Below the pieces are notes generated by a model. The model was not told the origin of the DNA, did not search any database, and saw only the letters and a program-made list of their open reading frames with translations. From Octopus vulgaris (lineage: Eukaryota), in assembly GCA_951406725.2 (NCBI GenBank), contig OX597824.1, forward strand, positions 45,322,001-45,386,000: DNA of 64,000 nucleotides, written 5' to 3'. A program made the translations under genes and the position numbers. Of the stretch, positions 59,415-64,000 are shown one piece after another. The first letter of the stretch is position 1; every line of letters begins with the position of its first letter.

Positions 59415-60400
59415 AAACTTTAAGTGAAACAAATATCTTTGACTGCCCTTGCAGATGATACAAAAGTCTCTCAGAGGATACAGAACCCTAGAGATATTGC
59501 ACACCTGCAACAGGGGTTGGACACAATATACTGGTGGACTGAGGACAATGACATGCAGTTTAATACTGGAAAATTCCAAGCCCTGCATTACCAACACATG
59601 GAACTGAATGAAAAGTAAACAGGATACACTGGCCCAGGAGGGATTGCAATCCCCGAATCAAATCATTACTTATTGACATGAGTAATGATGCCTGTTTCCA
59701 GGTGCATATTACTAGACTGGCAATAAAATGTAGACAATTGACCAGATGGATCCTTAGAACTTTCAGAATAAGAGAACAGGAAACAATGATGGTCCTCTGG
59801 GGGACATTTGTCTTCTGCCATTTAAATTATTGCTTTCAACTATGGTCATCACACAGTGTAAAATTAATGATGGAACTCAAAGCAATCCAGCAAAGCTAAA
59901 CACAGAAGATCATCTCAATGCAACATGTCATCTACTTGGAGAGACTATAAAAGTTAAGACTCTACTCCCTAGAAAGAAGGTGGAAAAGATATGAAGTGAT
60001 ATACATCTGGAAACTCCTAGAAGAACTTGTACCAAACTTTGGCATTGAAAATTACACAAACAGCATAATGGGGTGCCACTGCATAGTACCAAAAATCCCG
60101 ACATTGCCATCAGGAAACAGGACCAACAGCTCTTCAATATCCTCCCAAAAAGCTTGAGAGGCCCACATAGATGTAGGCATCTTCAAAACAAAACTGGATC
60201 TCCTCCTGTCAAGAATTCCAGAGGAACCTACCTTCTGGCAAAAAATGCAGATGAGGGCATTAACATCAAACTCCCTCATTTGCCAAATGGCACATATCAG
60301 AGGAGGTTTCAAGTGTTGAAAGTGTAACAAAGCTAACAACAGTGCCCCAGCATGGCCAAGCTCTTGAGGTGAAACTAATAAAGAAAGTAAAGAAAGAAAT
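59415..60400 (+). mobile_element. Older CR1/L2-group LINE 3' portion (same family as 48029)
   Basis: LADDTKV...LQQGLDTIYWWTEDNDMQFNTGKFQ; WILRTFR...YCFQLWS; QLFNILPKSLR; tail ccccagcatggcc. Confidence 0.85.
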
Positions 60401-60824
60401 CATATTCGTGAACAGTAATAAACAAACACTTTTATATGCATAATTTAGAATTTATTATATGTTTGTTAAGTGTGTGAATTAAGAAACAATGAAATTGCTA
60501 AAAGATGAGAGCTGAGAGATCTTGTATAAATGTTGGACACTTATAACAAGGATACTCTTTTAAGAGTATAAGTTAATGGATGAGATATATATTAAATATC
60601 TGTCTTTAGACACATGTTTATTACGAAAAAATCCCTAGTGACATCAAAATTTCAAGGTTTTTATAAGCTCACCAAAAATTTCTTGAATATTCCATAAGAC
60701 CTTTAGACATGGAAATTAAGCTTTCCTTTTTGTTGGTTAATGCCTATCATAAACTGATGTCAAAGATGATTGAGTGTAAAAATGTCTGTGGATGTCATGA
60801 AAGAGTCCAGCTAACAGATGAATA

Positions 60825-61341
60825 TCTATATATATAAAACTGTAGTTGTGTGAGTGTCTGTCCCCTTCGATTTAGATTCCTAACTCCTCCCACATTTTGC
60901 GGTGCAGTTTAACCAAATTCGGGTATCTTATAGTCGTGATTAATATCGAGCCCATCTGGCTATTAGCGCGCGTCTACGATGAGTCTACGATTTTAAAAAT
61001 AATTTAACATCATTTTTTATTCCATTTTAATGCATAATTTTTCGTGTGTCGATGGCGGCGGAGTTGGCGTCCATGCTCAAACACCTGCACCTGTGTTTGC
61101 TTCTCCCCCTTCTTCCCTCCCTCATGAAGCTGTGGGGAAGGGAGTGTAAGGAAATCAACGTCGTAAAGCGTTGTCAAGGAGACCAGCGTTCTTTTAGAAC
61201 AACGACTTCATGGCTTGAAGACACCAAAACAGAAATGGCTAAGAAAGCCCGAATTGGCATCTATAAGGGAAGTAACTCTCTAAAAATGCTTATATAGTTA
61301 TTTCCCTTACAAATCCGAGCAACGCCGGGCGATACTGCTAG
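60825..61341 (+). mobile_element. Non-autonomous Helitron
   Basis: A|TCtatatatataaaactg... 5' end; 3' ccgagcaacgccggg hairpin then CTAG|T; insertion between A and T. Confidence 0.8.
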
Positions 61342-61449
61342 TAACAGATAAAACTAAAATTAACTCTGGCCACCAATACCAAATATAGTCATTATTCACT
61401 AGTGGTTTTGATTTTCAAACTTATACATTCCAGATTTGAATTTGAAGAA

Positions 61450-61502
61450 GGCTGCTGCTACTACTGCTGCTACTGCTGCTGCTGCTGCTGCTGCTACTAA
61501 TA

Positions 61503-61540
<38 letters not shown>

Positions 61541-61558
61541 ACAATAACAACAACAACC
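61450..61558. repeat. Compound trinucleotide repeat (GCT/ACT/ACA)n
   Basis: Directly visible. Confidence 0.9.
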
Positions 61559-61844
61559 GGAACACTTGGAAAGACATCAAAAGGAACAAATATAGACCAA
61601 ATTTCTGGCAACCCCAAAATAAGTGAATTTTGAAAGATCATACTTATGGGTACCTCACATATTTTATGTAAATCCCTCTCTATATAAATTCAATCTTATT
61701 CATTTACTTTTGTTATAAATTTTATAAATAAATTTTTTTCTTTTTAACACATTGATCTCAGTACATGTCCCCTTGCCAGTTTGTATCTTTTGGTGCCAAA
61801 ACTTGTAATCCCTTGATGTCTCTGGTTCAGATGTGAGTGCAGGT

Positions 61845-64000
61845 TTTTTTTTTTAACGTCCGTTTTCCGCGCTAGCACGGGTTGGACGGTTCAACCGGGG
61901 TTTGGGAAGCCAGGGGCTGCACCAGGCTCCAGTCTGATCTGGCAGAGTTTCTAAAGCTGGATGCCCTTCCTAATGCCAACCACTCCGCGAGTGTAGTGGG
62001 TGCTTTTTACGTGCCACCTGCACAGGTGCCAGGGGGGTCCGTCATCGGCCACGATTGGTTGGAGCTTTTAACGTGCCACCGGCACGGAAGCCAGCCAAGG
62101 CGGTGCTGGCAACGGCCACATTCGAATGGTGCTTTTTATGTGCCACCGGCACAGAAGCCAGTCGGGGTGGCGCTGGCATCGGCCACGTTCGGATGGTGCT
62201 TTTTATGTGCCACTGGCACAGAAGCCAGTCGAGTCGGCGCTGGCTACGGCCACGTTCGGATGGTGCTTATTATGTGCCACCGGCACAAGTATCACAACTA
62301 CTATTTCCATTGATATTTATTTCGATGTTCATGTTCATGTTCATGTACTTGACTCAACAGGTCTCCTCAAGCACAGTGGGACGTTCTGGGATCCAGGGTA
62401 CTTTGAATGGGCAGGGGCTATGCGGAACTGGTGCAGGAAGCAGCCCGGGTCTTTGCAGTCACAGCATATCTCCAGAGATCTCGGTCCTTCGCCATTGCCT
62501 CAGTGAGGCCCAACGCTCTGAGGTCATGCTTGACTACCTCATCCCATGTCTTCCTGGGTCTACCTCTACCCCTGATGCCTTCAACTGTTTGGGAGTGGCA
62601 CTTCTTCACACATCTCTCCTCATCCATCCACAGTACATGACCAAACTATCGCAAGCGTCACTCTTGCACACCACATATGATGCTTCTTATGTCCAGCATT
62701 TCTCTCAGGGTGCTTACACTCTGTCGTGCATGCACACTGACATTACACATCCAGCGGATCATGCTAGCTTCATTTCTTTCAAGTCTACGCATGTCCTCTG
62801 CAGTCACAGCCCATGTTTCACTACCGTGAAGCATGGCAGTTCGCACACATGCATCATACAATCTACCTTTCACTCTGAGCGAGAGACCCTTTGTCGCCAG
62901 TAGGGGTAGGAGCTTTCTGAACTTTGCCCAGGCTACCCCCATCCCTCCAGGCTTTCCAGGCCCGTCTCTTTGCACTAATGGCTTTGTCTACTGCACTATT
63001 CCACTACCATGTAACTCTAGGTCTGGAAGGGACTTTGCACCATCCACAGACTTGGTCTGTGGCACTCAGCAAGCTGTCCCGTAGGAATTCCCAGCTACCT
63101 TCTATGTCCGACGTCCGAAGCTCCTCCTCCCTCTCATCAAATTTCTTGATGAGGATGTCCCTAAATCTCTGACCATGTGAAGGGTTCTTTAGCTTCCAAA
63201 TCCTTCTTTTCTGGATTGGTTTGTTTCTTGGAGTCCTTCTGGCCTCAAGCTTAAAGTCACTGATGATTAGCCTATGCTGAGGGATACATTCTTCACCTGG
63301 GAGGGTCTTTGTATTTAAGAGCGACCCTGCCTTCCGCTGTATGGTGAGGATGAAGTCTATTTGGCTAGCGGAGTCTCCTGACTGATAGGTTATAAGGTGG
63401 CAGTCAGGCTTCCTGAATTTAGTGTTGCAGATTAAAAGGTTACATGCATCACAGAATTCCAGTAGTCTAGTTCCCTCATCATTTCTGGTGCCAATACCAT
63501 GGCCACCATGTACCCCAGTGAAGATACCCGATTCCCGCCCAATATGCCCATTAAAGTCTCCACCCACAAAGATGAGGTCCTTGCCACTAGTCTTTGAGGT
63601 AGCCTGTAGAAGGGTATCATAAAAGTGGTCCTTCTGATCATTTGGTAGTCCCGCTTGTGGGGCATAGGCGGAGATAATCGTAGCTGTGCCACTCTGTAGG
63701 ACCAACCTGAGCTTGAGCACTCTATCGCAAATCCTGATAACCTCTATGACCTTATCCACCCATTTCTCCGCAAGGAGAATGCCTACACCCCCTACACCAT
63801 CCATGTTACCTTGCCAGAAGACTTTGTACCTATGTGCCTTGCCTGTGAGGACCCTAGCTGAAGCACCTCTCCATCTTACCTCTTGTATGCAGCATACATC
63901 AACCCGTCTTCTCTCAAGCATCTCTACAATCTCACTAGACCTACCTTTCAATGTACCAACATTGACAGTGCCAACTCTGAAAACTGGGAAGGAGATGTGG
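61845..64000 (-). mobile_element. Relatively young RTE-clade LINE with open APE domain but RT deleted; continues beyond window end
   Basis: ORF 63004-63951 (VCCIQEVRW, IISAYAPQ, VGGDFNGH, QIDFIL, PQHRL) is joined at about 62932 directly to the post-RT C-terminus (AWAKFRKLLPLL...GSETWA...GRGRPRKTW); 3' UTR and poly-A end at about 61845-61855. Confidence 0.92.
61999..62288. repeat. About 67-bp tandem repeat (4+ units) in the RTE 3' UTR
   Basis: ggtgctttttatgtgccaccggcac motif starts at 61999, 62061, 62128, 62195 and 62262. Confidence 0.9.

Noticed and set aside
61399-61641. Poly-Ala/Thr ORF with a possible upstream acceptor (ttccag)
   Set aside because: Trinucleotide microsatellite with no recognisable domain or partner exons
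61999-62288. CRISPR-like repeat array
   Set aside because: The 'spacers' are homologous to one another, the context is a eukaryotic LINE 3' UTR, and there are no cas genes
63004-63951. Host 'craniofacial development protein 2-like' gene
   Set aside because: It is the APE domain of an RTE retrotransposon, followed by stop codons and an RTE 3' tail

Overview
AT-rich, microsatellite- and transposon-dense eukaryotic DNA. The repeat families suggest an octopus or other coleoid cephalopod, but this is inference only. One host gene is recognisable: the 3' part of an EGLN1/PHD2-type HIF prolyl hydroxylase on the + strand. Its coding exons are 18652-18771, 26469-26605, 29001-29059 and probably 39645-39673; the large first exon lies upstream of the window. 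None of these exons is called correctly by the ORF track. Introns and flanks are filled with decayed RTE, Tx1/L1, CR1-like and Penelope-like (PLE) retroelements, three tRNA-type SINE families, a Gypsy pol fragment, Tc1/mariner elements, a piggyBac-type MITE and Helitrons. The most notable unannotated signal is a set of type-I hammerhead ribozyme (HHR) motifs in several sequence-unrelated elements sitting in or beside (TA)n tracts. Most occur as inverted (fold-back) pairs. One young, intact pair (36842-36923 on -, 37217-37298 on +) lies in a 535-bp terminally redundant, retrozyme-like unit in the last intron, and another pair lies in the probable 3' UTR. Boundaries of decayed elements are approximate and were read by eye.
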